Below, piece by piece: positions 9,201 through 17,800 of a stretch of 32,000 bases of DNA; position 1 is the first letter of the stretch, and each line of letters begins with the position of its first letter. The notes below the pieces were generated by a model that made no database searches, was not told the origin of the DNA, and was given only the letters and a program-made list of their open reading frames with translations. The stretch comes from Candidatus Electronema halotolerans. GTDB taxonomy: Bacteria > Desulfobacterota > Desulfobulbia > Desulfobulbales > Desulfobulbaceae. The DNA lies in contig OW818675.1 of assembly GCA_942493095.1 (NCBI GenBank), positions 2,550,001 to 2,582,000 of the forward strand, in the 5' to 3' direction. The translations under genes and the position numbers were made by a program.

Positions 9201-10060
9201 CCTATCACCAATTGGGGATAATCGCCGAGGAGCAGCGGGATTTTGCCGCTGCTGAACAATGGTATAAGAAATCGCTGGCTATCGAAGAAAAACAAGGCAA
9301 CGAGCACGGCGCGGCAAGTTCGTATCACCAATTGGGGATAATCGCCGAGGAGCAGCGGGATTTTGCCGCTGCGGAACAATGGTATAAGAAATCGCTGGCG
9401 ATTAAGGAAAAACAAGGCGACGAGCACGGCGCGGCGACCACCTATCATAATTTAGGAGCAATCGCCCAAGAACAGCGGGATTTTGCCGCTGCGGAACAAT
9501 GGTATAAGAAATCGCTGGCGATTAAGGAAAAACAAGGCGACGAGCACGGCGCGGCGACCACCTATCACCAATTGGGGATGATCGCCCAGAAGCAGCGGGA
9601 TTTTGCCGCTGCGGAACAATGGTATAAGAAATCGCTGGCTATCTTTGAAAAACAAGGCAACGAGCACGGCGCGGCAAGTTCGTATCACCAATTGGGGATA
9701 ATCGCCGAGGAGCAGCGGGATTTTGCCGCTGCGGAACAATGGTATAAGAAATCGCTGGCTATCGAAGAAAAACAAGGCAACGAGCACGGCGCGGCGACCA
9801 CCTATGCCCAATTAGGCTTATTGTCTGGCAGGATGGAACAGCAGGCTGATGCTGGCGGGTGGTTGCTCAAGGCTATTCAGAATTTTGCTGCCAGTAATGA
9901 TCAGCATAACACGATTCGGGCAATGGTAGATTATGTCCAGAATCTCCAATCCGCTGACCCGGCAACCCAAACCCTGCTCCGGCAAAAATGGCAGCAGGCC
10001 GGACTGGACAAAATCATCACCCTTGAGCAATTGGAGCAACAACTCAATGACCACACCTGA
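6272..10060 (+). CDS. CHAT protease-like domain + STAND/NB-ARC-like NTPase + tetratricopeptide repeat protein
   Basis: CHAT-like YHIVHFDGHGG (candidate His codon 6974-6976) and PIMVLNACQSA (candidate Cys codon 7145-7147); Walker A GMAGAGKTT (about 7634-7660); Walker B-like FLLIWDN; KVLITSR and GNPLAL (NB-ARC GxP-like); C-terminal 40-residue TPRs. ORF track starts at TTG 6236; ATG 6272 (MSIHLQIK) is the more likely start. Confidence 0.9.
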   Translation: MSIHLQIKHVDSQDGQPQFVVVRGSDLKSSDSVTLTGPDQTIVPGRPHSNLQQDLRWYLEQFLELPTGAYPELAERVQDTLQQWGQDCFESLFQKQAYLWFEEARKAGLENLHLKISSDDPRVLAWPWEALHDPETGTLAHHCRIERQISKNVPDPLPLPEHLPKDRINILLVIARPHGDQDVGFHALSRPLVELARAQQMPVHIDVLRPPTFDRLRQQLHDKPGFYHIVHFDGHGGYGATEERISSDVFKSSVQGRLLFENDEAEAAPVEAAKLSELLAEYRIPIMVLNACQSARIDDQAEDAFASVAAALLKAGIRSVVAMGHSLYVSGAQQFVPAFYRRLLESANPAEAVRAGRQEMLAHDQRPCLLGEYPLQDWLVPVLYQQMQTDETVLARPVAATPAGKFTLAEEAAPDPLPEQARQLGDDGFIGRQQAVQQLERARLQQEQAAFLIHGMAGAGKTTLAKGFLHWLRDTGGLEQQVFWFSFDEIRSAEFVINELVDSIFGTDARAAALEQKLAGLIKVFREHPFLLIWDNFESASGLAGTEVRPMLSEEDRGLLKELLAKLRGGKTKVLITSRSTEKWLSTGECFRLPLSGLHGEELWQFCNQVLRNLGLKVKRDDEDFRALIEELDGNPLALRTVLLQLQEKKPAHLLAALRKKFALLEGDESSKRILAALAVLDQGLPEEYGPVLQLIGLHRRFVDMDYLAKYMLHTEEITEPIQNCFALLETAGLLSALGSNIFQMHPALQSYLAQQHPAEEALQRAFVDFMGRFADQLAPKELHEQRVPFALHQGNFHHALDLAQQLDDMDWAVAALTQSLAAYFQNSRDYAGAAQLFADLAEHRHQKNDHEGEAGAYHQLGKIAQEQRDFAAAEQWYKKSLAIKEKQGNEHGAATTYHNLGAIAQEQRDFAAAEQWYKKSLAIKEKQGNEHGAATTYHQLGIIAEEQRDFAAAEQWYKKSLAIKEKQGNEHGAATTYHQLGIIAEEQRDFAAAEQWYKKSLAIEEKQGNEHGAASSYHQLGIIAEEQRDFAAAEQWYKKSLAIKEKQGDEHGAATTYHNLGAIAQEQRDFAAAEQWYKKSLAIKEKQGDEHGAATTYHQLGMIAQKQRDFAAAEQWYKKSLAIFEKQGNEHGAASSYHQLGIIAEEQRDFAAAEQWYKKSLAIEEKQGNEHGAATTYAQLGLLSGRMEQQADAGGWLLKAIQNFAASNDQHNTIRAMVDYVQNLQSADPATQTLLRQKWQQAGLDKIITLEQLEQQLNDHT
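8842..9815 (+). repeat. Tandem array of eight nearly identical 120-bp units encoding 40-aa TPRs
   Basis: RDFAAAEQWYKKSLAI[K/E/F]EKQG[N/D]EHGAA recurs with its ttttgccgctgc core at 8881, 9001, 9121, 9241, 9361, 9481, 9601 and 9721, exactly 120 bp apart. Confidence 0.97.
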
Positions 10061-10442
10061 ACAAGACCGCCGCATCCTCCACACCCTGGCCGCCGCTGAC
10101 CCGGATTTTGCCGCGTTTCAGGAAAAATTCCCCGTCGCCGCTCCTGCCGACTTGGCCCCGGACATCATTCAGGATACGCTGGTCGTCCTCAATCAAGACC
10201 CGCAGCAGGCCGCTGTCATCAATGCCCTGCGCAATCAGGACCAAACCTGCAAGAGCTTTGCCGGCGGCACGGAAATCACTGCTCTGGTCGCTGTCGCCTT
10301 TGTCCTCCGTACCCACATCAAGGTCGAACGCACCAGCTCCGGCAAATGGCGTTTCCTGATCGAGCATAAACCGGCGGATTCCAAACTGCTCACGGCCCTG
10401 CTCGCCAAGCTGGAGCAGCTTTTTAGCGACAGCAGGACGTGA
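10047..10442 (+). CDS. 131-aa protein of unknown function, coupled to the CHAT-NTPase-TPR gene
   Basis: ATG at 10047 overlaps the 3' end of the upstream gene (stop ends at 10060) by 14 bp, same strand. Sequence MTTPEQDRRILHTLAAADPDFAAFQEKF...GGTEITALVAVAFVLRTHIKVERTSSGKWRFLIEHKP... has no family I can recognise. Confidence 0.75.
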   Translation: MTTPEQDRRILHTLAAADPDFAAFQEKFPVAAPADLAPDIIQDTLVVLNQDPQQAAVINALRNQDQTCKSFAGGTEITALVAVAFVLRTHIKVERTSSGKWRFLIEHKPADSKLLTALLAKLEQLFSDSRT

Positions 10443-10571
10443 AGGCAGCATCCAGCACTCAGTGTGATTGCCTGCATCGTCCTGATCTGTCGGCAGCTTT
10501 AAGTTTCGGCGTACTTTGGCCTAAACGCTCTCAGAGGACGGGCAGCGACTGCAAGGGAGACCATCAAAAAA

Positions 10572-10594
10572 ACCCCGCTGCAAAGGAGCGGGGT
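10572..10594 (-). terminator. Rho-independent terminator for the minus-strand outer membrane protein gene
   Basis: 8-bp stem accccgct / agcggggt with a 7-nt loop; on the minus strand the stem is followed by a T run (AGCGGGGTTTTTTT). Confidence 0.85.
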
Positions 10595-10625
10595 CTTAAC
10601 TGCGGCAGATGCCGATTGAGGCTGA

Positions 10626-11597
10626 TCAGAACGAATATCTCACTGCGGCATTGAAGGAGCTGGTTTTCACATCATTGAACAGGGTATGATCGTCATTGCC
10701 CAGATCAAGCGCGGATGTCCGCATGTATTCATAGCCCACGTCCATGCCGATGTTCTGGGTGAATTCATAGGCCACGCCTGCCCCGACCTTGTAGGCGAAA
10801 CCGGTGTCGCTGTCCTCGTCATCATTGACAAAGGTGATTTCCGCCTTGCCTGCGCCCATGCCTGCCATGCCATAAACGGACAGGGCATTGCAGTTTGCGC
10901 CGAAAATGCCGAAAGTAGGCACTGGCAGATGATAAAAGCCGTTCAGCATCAGCGTCTTGATGGTGATGTCTGACAGTCCTGGCGAGGAGAAATCAGCCGT
11001 CTGCATGGCCATCTCGCCTTCAGCCCGGAAATTGCCGAAGCGTCGGCCTCCGGCCAGACCTGCCCCATAGCCGGTGTCTGTCTCGCCCCTGAAGCCGTAT
11101 TCAGCTTTGTCAACATCCATGGAACCGCTCCAGACCATTCTGGCGATGCCCTTGACATACCAAGGGTTATACTGATCATCGTGCGTCTTGCGGGTCTTGA
11201 GGGCATTGATCTCATTGTCGTGCCGATCAAGCCGGGTCGAGTTGGCTCTGATCTCGCTGTCCTGACGGGCCTGATCCGACTGAAGCGCATCAATTTCACT
11301 GTCTTGGCGGGCCTGATCCGCTTGGAGGCTGTTGATTTGATCATCCTGCCGGGTCTGGCTGGAGTTCAGGCCGTTGATCTGACCATCCTGCCGCGCCTGG
11401 CTGGAATTCAGGCCGTTGATCTGCTCGTCTTGGCGGGCTTGGCTTGAATTCAGCATGTCAATCTGATCCTGACAGTCGTCAGGGCAGCCCGGCCCTGTCG
11501 GCCCTTTGGTCGGCACATATTTGGACCCGGCCACGCTGTAGCCTGCAGCCGCTAACAGCAGGACTGAAGCCGCTGCCGCGCTTACTATTTTTTTCAT
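10626..11597 (-). CDS. Outer-membrane beta-barrel protein with an N-terminal coiled-coil repeat region
   Basis: MKKIVSAAAASVLLLAAAGYSVAG signal peptide with GGGGAG Shine-Dalgarno; C-terminal barrel-like sequence (GDTGYGAGLAGGRRFGNFRAEGEMAMQ, AYKVGAGVAYEFTQNIGMDVGYEYM) ending VRYSF (terminal Phe). ORF track start at 11693 is upstream of the likely ATG. Confidence 0.85.
   Translation of the reverse strand: MKKIVSAAAASVLLLAAAGYSVAGSKYVPTKGPTGPGCPDDCQDQIDMLNSSQARQDEQINGLNSSQARQDGQINGLNSSQTRQDDQINSLQADQARQDSEIDALQSDQARQDSEIRANSTRLDRHDNEINALKTRKTHDDQYNPWYVKGIARMVWSGSMDVDKAEYGFRGETDTGYGAGLAGGRRFGNFRAEGEMAMQTADFSSPGLSDITIKTLMLNGFYHLPVPTFGIFGANCNALSVYGMAGMGAGKAEITFVNDDEDSDTGFAYKVGAGVAYEFTQNIGMDVGYEYMRTSALDLGNDDHTLFNDVKTSSFNAAVRYSF
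11187..11465 (-). repeat. 14-residue (42-bp) coiled-coil repeats in the outer membrane protein gene
   Basis: DEQINGLNSSQARQ / DGQINGLNSSQTRQ / DDQINSLQADQARQ / DSEIDALQSDQARQ / DSEIRANSTRLDRH / DNEINALKTRK. Confidence 0.85.
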
Positions 11598-11811
11598 GAT
11601 CTCCCCTTTTGTTCTGGTTGTTCTGTCCGCGCCGGATGGAGCTTCTTCTCTGTAATCATAATGGAACAGGGATTGAAAAGCAAGAGCAAACATGGCAGTG
11701 CAAATTTTTGCATCAGTCGTGAAAATGCCTTCCCTGACAGGAGATTTCTTATGTCAGGAACTGGTCGGCAAGTCGATTTCCGCCTGTTTTTCCCTTGTTT
11801 CGGAACAATTT

Positions 11812-11994
11812 TTAATACTGCTCCTGTGGCGGCAGCACTTTGGCCTCGTCGATCAGCATGATGGGGATGTTGTCCCGGATTTCATAGAGAAGCTGACAGG
11901 CGGCGCAGGCAAGGCCGTCCTGGCTTTCCGTGAGCTGAACCGGCCCTTTGCATTTGGGGCAGACAAGGATGTCAAGAAGCTGCTGGCTGATCAT
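11812..11994 (-). CDS. Trm112/YcaR-family small zinc-ribbon protein
   Basis: 60 aa, MISQQLLDILVCPKCKGPVQLT...LACAACQLLYEIRDNIPIML, the typical Trm112 pattern. Confidence 0.9.
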   Translation of the reverse strand: MISQQLLDILVCPKCKGPVQLTESQDGLACAACQLLYEIRDNIPIMLIDEAKVLPPQEQY

Positions 11995-12084
11995 GGCGTT
12001 TATTTCAGGTTGGATTGATCACTGTTGAGGGTTGCTTTTTTTGTCTTTGCGCGGAGCCGCAGGGCGGTGCTCTGTCTGCGCAAA

Positions 12085-12993
12085 TCAGACCTTTTCCTGC
12101 GCGGCCCGGCCCAGAATCCCGGCAGGCCGGAAGATCAGGATCAGCACGAGGAGGGAGAAGGCGAAGACATCCTCGTAGTCGCTGGAAACATAACCTGCGG
12201 CAAAGGCTTCGGTCAGGCCGAGGATGAAGCTGCCTATAACTGCGCCGGGAATGGAGCCAATGCCGCCCAGCACTGCGGCGGTGAAGGCTTTGATCCCGGC
12301 GATGAAGCCGATGGAGACGTTGATCTGGCCGACATGGGAGGCGATGAGCAGCCCGCCCAGCGCGGCCAAGGCCGAGCCGATGATGAAGGTGGCGGAAATG
12401 ACCCGGTTGATGTCAATGCCGAGCAGGAGGGCCATAGTTTGATCTTGGGCTGTGGCCCGCATGGCCTTGCCCAAGCGGGTGAATTTGATCAGCCACGTCA
12501 GGCCGACCATTGCCACTGCCGTGATGGCCAGAATCACCAAGTCGGTGGAGCCGGTGACTGCGGCCAAGGGTTCCGGCAGCTCAAAAAGCGGAATCAGTTC
12601 CGGGAAGGGCAGGAAATCCGGGGTCTGGGCCAGCAGGACATAGTTCTGGAGAAAGATCGACATGCCAATGGCTGAGATCAGCGGCGAGAGCCGGGGTGCC
12701 TTGCGCAGGGGCCGGTAGGCTATCTGTTCGGTGGTGAAACCGTAGGCAGCGGCCCAGACTGAGGCGGCCAGCACGGCCAAGATGAAGATTGCCGCTCCGG
12801 GAAAGCCGTAAATGGACAGCACTGTGGCGGCAATGTAGGCAGTAAAGGCTCCGATCATGTAAATCTCGCCGTGGGCAAAATTGATCAGGCCGATGATGCC
12901 ATAGACCATCGTGTAGCCCAGCGCAATCAGGGCGTAGATCGAGCCGCGTGTCAGGCCGCTGAAAAAAAGTTCGGTCAGATAGGTTGCGTCCAT
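12085..12993 (-). CDS. livH: Branched-chain amino acid ABC transporter permease LivH-like
   Basis: SGLTRGSIYALIALGYTMVYGIIGLINFAHGEIYMIGAF and the ALLGIDINRVISATFIIGSALAALGGLL region characteristic of LivH. Confidence 0.93.
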   Translation of the reverse strand: MDATYLTELFFSGLTRGSIYALIALGYTMVYGIIGLINFAHGEIYMIGAFTAYIAATVLSIYGFPGAAIFILAVLAASVWAAAYGFTTEQIAYRPLRKAPRLSPLISAIGMSIFLQNYVLLAQTPDFLPFPELIPLFELPEPLAAVTGSTDLVILAITAVAMVGLTWLIKFTRLGKAMRATAQDQTMALLLGIDINRVISATFIIGSALAALGGLLIASHVGQINVSIGFIAGIKAFTAAVLGGIGSIPGAVIGSFILGLTEAFAAGYVSSDYEDVFAFSLLVLILIFRPAGILGRAAQEKV

Positions 12994-13013
12994 CGGTTTC
13001 TGTCCTTGATTAG

Positions 13014-14615
13014 TCAGACGTTTCTGGTTTTCTGACAGACCGCTCTGAAGGCCGAAGGCAAAGCAGCGGCCAGTTCTGAAGCGGTGAAACCTTGACCGCG
13101 CTCCTCAGCTAAGATGTCCGCCGCCAGACCGTGGAGAAAAACACCGACTGCGGCTGCATCCCAGAGCGGACAGCCTTGGGCCAGCAGGCCGCCGGTCAGT
13201 CCGGCCAGCACATCGCCAGTGCCGCCAGTGGCCAAGCCGCTGTTGCCGCTGCTGTTGACTGCCCAGCGGCCTTTGCTGGAGCAGACCACAGTTCCCGCCC
13301 CTTTCAGGACGGTGATGATTTCTTGGCCGTCCCGGACATCCGCTTCTGCCAGCCAGTCTGCCGCCTTGAGCCGATCCGTCTGGATTTCGGCAGCAGTCAG
13401 GCCGGTCAGACGGGCCATTTCGCCGGGATGGGGCGTGAGGATGCGTGGCCCGCCGCTGTCCTCAAGGCAGAGCAGATTTTGGGCCAGCAGGTTGAGCGCG
13501 TCCGCATCCAAGAGCAGCGGCAGGTGCAGACGGCGGTGCAGGCGCAGGAGCAGCTCACTGGTTTCCTCGGCTGTGCCAATGCCAGGGCCGATGACCACTG
13601 CCTCCTTGTCCTCGGCCAATTCTGCGATCAGTTCGTGATCGGCGACAGACAGGTATTTTGTTGAATGCGGCAGAGGCACGGTCATGGCTTCCGGCAGGGC
13701 GGTCTCAAAAATCGGGTCAAGGGCGGCAGGCACGGCCAGCGTCACTAAGCCGCAGCCACTGCGCAAAGCAGCCTGCGCAGCCAGCAGGGCGGCCCCGGTC
13801 TTGCCTTCAGACCCGGCCAGAATCAGCAGATGGCCAAAGGTGCCTTTGTGGCCTGCCTTGGGCCGAGGCCGGAGCAGCGGAGCAATGCGCTGCCGGTCAA
13901 GCAGCTCACCGGGCAGATGGGCTGCAGCCAAAGCCTGCGGCGGAATGCCAATGTCAGCAACGACAAGCTTGCCGACTGCTGCGCCGCCGTGCAGATACTG
14001 GCCCGGCTTGGGCAGGGCAAAAGTCACGGTCAAATCAGCCTGCACCGCGCAGCCGAGCGGCATTCCAGTCTGGCCGGACAGCCCGGATGGCATGTCAACT
14101 GCCGCCACTGGCCAGTGCTGCCGCTGGGCCAAGGTGTTGATGAACTGGACCGCAGCGGCAAAGCGGCCTTCCAGCGTGCGGGTCAGGCCAGTGCCAAACA
14201 GGGCATCAACCAAGCTGTGGACAGGCCGGGTGAAGTGCAGCTGGCGGATGCGCTCCTCAAGGTCAGGCAAGTCCTGCTCCTGCTTGACAAGGCTGTGGTT
14301 AAGCCAAAGTTTGCCGCAGATTTCGGCATTGACTGCCGCGTCACCTCCCAGCCGGTCCGGTTCAACAAAAAAGATGAGAAACGGTGCGCCACCCCGTTGC
14401 AGGACATGGCGGGCGACCACCAAGCCGTCGCCGCCGTTGTTGCCCGGCCCGACAAAGACGCAGACCGTCCGGCCAGCAACCGGGCCAAACTCGGCTTCCA
14501 TCTGCTCCAGCATGGCCCGGCCCGCGTTCTCCATCAGGACAAGGCCGGGAATGCCGAAATCCTCCATAGCGGCCCGGTCAAGGGCCTGCATCTGCTCCGG
14601 GGTGACGAGGTTCAT
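13014..14615 (-). CDS. nnr: Bifunctional NAD(P)H-hydrate epimerase / ADP-dependent NAD(P)H-hydrate dehydratase
   Basis: N-terminal YjeF_N-like MNLVTPEQMQALDRAAMEDFGIPGLVLMENAGRA, VFVGPGNNGGDGLV; C-terminal GHFGHLLILAGSEGKTGAALLAAQAAL-like region, ILTPHPGEMARL, NSSGNSGLATGGTGDVLAG. Likely ATG at 14615. Confidence 0.93.
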   Translation of the reverse strand: MNLVTPEQMQALDRAAMEDFGIPGLVLMENAGRAMLEQMEAEFGPVAGRTVCVFVGPGNNGGDGLVVARHVLQRGGAPFLIFFVEPDRLGGDAAVNAEICGKLWLNHSLVKQEQDLPDLEERIRQLHFTRPVHSLVDALFGTGLTRTLEGRFAAAVQFINTLAQRQHWPVAAVDMPSGLSGQTGMPLGCAVQADLTVTFALPKPGQYLHGGAAVGKLVVADIGIPPQALAAAHLPGELLDRQRIAPLLRPRPKAGHKGTFGHLLILAGSEGKTGAALLAAQAALRSGCGLVTLAVPAALDPIFETALPEAMTVPLPHSTKYLSVADHELIAELAEDKEAVVIGPGIGTAEETSELLLRLHRRLHLPLLLDADALNLLAQNLLCLEDSGGPRILTPHPGEMARLTGLTAAEIQTDRLKAADWLAEADVRDGQEIITVLKGAGTVVCSSKGRWAVNSSGNSGLATGGTGDVLAGLTGGLLAQGCPLWDAAAVGVFLHGLAADILAEERGQGFTASELAAALPSAFRAVCQKTRNV

Positions 14616-14854
14616 GATTTTCTGGGGGGATGAAAAGATTGAGACCGTGATCAGCAGGCAGCAGAAACGCCGCAATATCTTGACTGTAGCATGTTCAGCC
14701 CGAACAGGCAAGGCTGTTGATGAGCGACTTCTCGCTGCCGGGCAGGAGACCGCAGCAGGCAGTCCGCATAGGTCAGTCGGATATCCAGCATATCCACCAG
14801 TCTGCCGTCATAGCCGACTGCATCCACGTTTCGCCCTTTCAAGATCATCTCAAG

Positions 14855-17800
14855 TTACTTCGCACACCATTCATACGCATTCTGGAACATCCTCAGCCAC
14901 GGCGAGACCTCCAGCCCGTGCATCTCTCTCGGCAGCCAATGGCACTGCCAGGGCAGGAAGGCCCGCTCCGGGTGCGGCATCAGGGCGAGATGGCGGCCAT
15001 CGGGCGAGCACAGCCCGGCAAAGCCGTCCGGCGAGCCGTTGGGATTGAAGGGATACTGCTCGGTTGCCGCGCCGCTGTCGTCGGCATAGACCAAGGGCAC
15101 CAGCCGCTGCCCGATCACCTCAGCCCGCACTGCCGTGTCTGGGAAATGCAGCAAGCCCTCGCCGTGGGCCACGTGAATGCCGAAGACGAGGCCGCTCATG
15201 CCGCGCAGCATCATGGCCGGGCTGTCGGTCACGCGCACGGTCGTCCAGCGGGACTCAAAGCGGCCCGATGTGTTGTGGATGAAGCGCGGCTGTGCCTCTG
15301 CCTGCAAGCCCTGCCAAGGCACCCAGCCGAGCAGGCCGAAGAGCTGGCAGCCGTTGCAGATGCCGAGGGTGAAGGTGTCGGGCCGCTGGAAGAAGGCATC
15401 AAACATGGCCCGCAGCCGCTCGTTGAAGAGGATGGTTGCGGCCCAGCCTTTGGCCGACTCCGGCACGTCGGCGTAGGAGAAGCCCCCGACTGCCGCAAGT
15501 CCCCGGAAGCCGTCCAATGTCACCCGCCCGGCGAGCAGGTCGGTCATGGTGATGTCCCACGGCTCAAAGCCCGCAGCGTAGAAGGCGGAACTCATCTCGC
15601 GGTCAGAGTTGGAACCCTCATCGCGGAGAATGGCGACCTTTGGCTTGCTCGTCGCAGTCAGTACGACCTTGGGCGAAGGCTGGGGCGTAAAAGGCAGATG
15701 GTACGCTGGAGCGGTGCGGTCGAAGATGCTCTGCCGCTCCGCCTCGGCACAGGCCGGATTCACTTGCAGGCGTTCAAGCTGATAGCTGGTCTTCTCCCAC
15801 TCCTGCCGCAGGACGCGCATGTCCTCATCCAGCACCCGCTCACCGTTGTGCCGGATGCGGACTTGCTTCTCGGCCAGCGTAGTTCCCAGCAGCGCGCAAG
15901 GCACCTCAGCCACGGCCAGTAGCTGCCTGATATGCTCAAGCTGCTCCTGCCTGCATTCCAGCACCAAGCCTAGCTCTTCAGCGAACAGGGCCGGTATCGC
16001 TCCGGCGGCTTCGTCCTCCAAAGCAAGCTCCAAGCCGCAGTTGCCTGCAAAGGCCATCTCCAGCACGGTGGTGATCAGGCCGCCGTCCGAACGGTCATGC
16101 CCGGACAAGATCAGGTTGTGGTCGATCAGCTCCTGCACCGCCGCGAATGCTTGGCGGAGCAGCACCGAGTCGTCCATGTCCGGGCTTGCATCGCCGAGGC
16201 TGCCAAGGGTCTGGGCCAAGGCCGAGCCGCCCAGTCGCGCTTTGCCCGGAGCGAGATCAAGCAGGAGCAGAGCCGAACTTGGCTCCTTGATATCCGGCGT
16301 GACCACCTTGCGAATGTCGCTCATGGCCGCATAAGCGGAAATGACCAGCTCGCGGGGTGACTTCACTGTCTCGCTGCCGACCTTGGTCGCCATGGAGAGC
16401 GAATCCTTGCCGCCGTCAACCGCCATGCCGGTGGCGATCATCGCATCGCGCATGGCCCGCGCCGCATCGTTCAGGGCCGCACCTTCACCCGCCAGCTTAG
16501 GTGCCCACATCCAGTTTGCCGAGCACTTGACCTGCTCCGGGTCGTCAATCTTAGCCCAGACAAGATTTGTCCATGCCTCGCCGACAGCCATGCGCGCCCC
16601 TGCTGCCGGGTCAAGCAACATCTTGATCGGCTGCTCGCCAATGGCCGTGGCAATGCCGGTCAGACCACAATGCGACTGGGCGACCACGGCCACATCGCCC
16701 ACGGTGAGCTGGAGCGGGCCGCAGCACTGCTGCTGGGCAATCAGGCCGGTGACAGAGCGGTCAACCTTGTTGGTGAGGAAGCGTTTCGAGCCGACCGAGA
16801 CAAGGCGGAGGACGTTGCGGAGGGCATCGCGCACGGATGATGGAGAATGTAGGGGCGAAAAATTTTTCGCCCCTACGGACATGCGGTTATCCGTGAACGT
16901 CTTCTGCGGGATATGCCCCAGCACCTCCTTCAGCTCCACATCCACCGGGGTGCTGTTGTCCTGCTCGTCCGAGACCACAAAGCGCAGGTCGCCGGTGACT
17001 TCGCCCAGCACCTCGCAGGCCACCTTCTCGCGCTCGCATAAGGCGAGGAATTGCGCGATGTTCTCCGGCCTGATCAGCAGGCCGTTGCGCTCCTGATACT
17101 CAGCCACGTAGATTTCCAGCACCGACATGGTGGGGTCGCCGACGCGTATCTTGCGGATTTCGATGCGCCCGCCAGAGTGCTCGACCAGCTCCTTGAGTAC
17201 ATTGGCCGGGCCGCCCGCGCCCTGATCGTGGATGACCTCGATCAGCGTCCTGCCGCCCATCTCATTGCAGGCCCGGATGACCCGGTTCATCTTCTGCTCC
17301 ATCTCCGCGTCGCCGCGCTGCACCGCGTTGAAGTCCAGCTCCGCCGCGTTCTCGCCCTGAAGCATGGACGAGGCCGCACCGCCGCCAAAGCCGACCCGGT
17401 AGGCTGGTCCGCCCACCTGCACGATCAGCATCCCCTGCGCCGCCTGCTCCTTCTTAATATGACGGTCGTCAATCTGGCCGATGCCGCCGGTGAACATGAT
17501 CGGCTTGAGATAGGCCCAGCGTTCGCCGCCCTCCACGCGCAGGTCAAAGGAACGGGTGAAGCCCTGAATCAGCGGCTCGCCGAACTTGTTGCCATAGTCG
17601 GACGCGCCATTGCTGGCCTCGATCTCAATGGTCAGGGCTGAGGCTAAGTTCGATGGGCAGGGATGGTGCTGCTCCCAAGGCAGTTCATAACCGGGAATGT
17701 GCAGACTGCCGACGCAATAGCCAGCTGTGCCTGCCATGACAAAGCCGCCCTTGCCCGTGCCCTGCACGTCGCGGATGCGGCCACCAGTGCCAGTCTCCGC

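Noticed and set aside
8972-9811. Minus-strand ORFs of 158 and 119 aa with MIGGRRAVLVALFFLNRQRFLIPLF repeats
   Set aside because: They are the antisense reading of the 120-bp TPR array and remain open only because each identical unit lacks a stop in that frame.
8842-9815. Regularly spaced repeats considered as CRISPR or diversity-generating retroelement target
   Set aside because: Units are contiguous, in-frame TPR codons without spacers; differences are not adenine-specific and no reverse transcriptase or template repeat is visible.
11699-11712. TGCAAATTTTTGCA dyad upstream of the outer membrane protein gene
   Set aside because: Short AT-rich near-palindrome expected fairly often by chance; no second site or promoter evidence.
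14651-14848. 65-aa minus-strand ORF between purL and nnr
   Set aside because: No clear Shine-Dalgarno or recognisable domain; could be real but not supported well enough to list.
13684-15048. 454-aa and other plus-strand ORFs over nnr
   Set aside because: Antisense of a well-supported nnr coding region; composition typical of GC-rich shadow ORFs.
14717-15922. 401-aa plus-strand ORF opposite purL and nnr
   Set aside because: Low-complexity antisense shadow of strongly supported purL; no recognisable motifs.
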